Under the pieces are notes generated by a model. That model ran no database searches, was not told the origin of the DNA, and was given only the letters and a program-made list of their open reading frames with translations. A DNA stretch of 64,000 bases from Minisyncoccota bacterium. Lineage in GTDB: Bacteria > Patescibacteriota > Minisyncoccia > Phycocordibacterales > UBA2100. How positions within the stretch are numbered: the first letter of the stretch is position 1; the number at the start of each line of letters is the position of its first letter. Shown piece by piece: positions 63,769 to 64,000 of this stretch. The translations under genes and the position numbers were made by a program. The stretch lies in NCBI GenBank assembly GCA_035708165.1, contig DASSSZ010000003.1:23954-87953 (forward strand), given 5' to 3'.

Positions 63769-64000
63769 ATGAATACGTACTTCGTAGTCTTCTGCATCCC
63801 GGCGGACCTGATGGCGGATTGGGTGGAACATACGCCTGAGGATGAGCGCGCTGCGCAGAGCGATCAGATGATGCAGGCATGGGCTGCGTGGCGGGATGCG
63901 CACGCTGCCATGATCAAGGATGACGGGCAGCCCTTGGGAAAGACCAAGCGCGTGACGGCGAACGGGATCGAGGATGCGCGCAACGACCTCAATTACTACC
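63769..64000 (+). CDS. hypothetical protein (3'-partial at window edge)
   Basis: ATG at 63769. ORF runs off the window. Confidence 0.3.
   Translation, partial: MNTYFVVFCIPADLMADWVEHTPEDERAAQSDQMMQAWAAWRDAHAAMIKDDGQPLGKTKRVTANGIEDARNDLNYY

Noticed and set aside
1-64000. CRISPR arrays or other tandem repeat arrays
   Set aside because: No regularly spaced direct repeats seen anywhere in the window. The Cas4-like gene is standalone.

Overview
High-GC (roughly 65-70% GC) bacterial chromosomal window, densely packed with core housekeeping genes on both strands. Recognisable genes include groES-groEL, lepA, valS, tsaD, rnj (RNase J), rarA, nrdJ (B12-dependent class II RNR), murJ, htpX, secG, a P-type ATPase, ABC-2 and ZIP transporters, and four base-excision-repair glycosylase genes (nth, a mutY-like HhH-GPD gene, alkA-like and mpg). 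I found six tRNA genes: Arg-CCT, Gly-CCC, Phe-GAA, Val-GAC, Ser-CGA and Glu-TTC. An RNase P RNA (rnpB) sits in the 636-bp gap between nrdJ and an O-antigen-ligase-like gene. The most unusual structure is a roughly 6-kb low-GC island (about 55.4-61.4 kb, roughly 45-50% GC) built around a divergent tRNA-Ser/tRNA-Glu pair. It carries a 5'-truncated large serine recombinase, a Cas4-like PD-(D/E)XK 4Fe-4S nuclease translationally coupled to an unknown partner, a PAP2 phosphatase with a separate LssY_C-domain ORF, and orphan hypothetical proteins. Both tRNA-Ser and tRNA-Gly are followed by nearby direct and inverted partial copies of their own 3' ends, which look like att-site scars of repeated integration or excision. 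Because of the high GC content the six-frame track is full of long antisense ORFs, which I rejected. Several small unlisted ORFs and many perfect palindromic terminators are visible. No CRISPR array was found. The organism cannot be identified from sequence alone.
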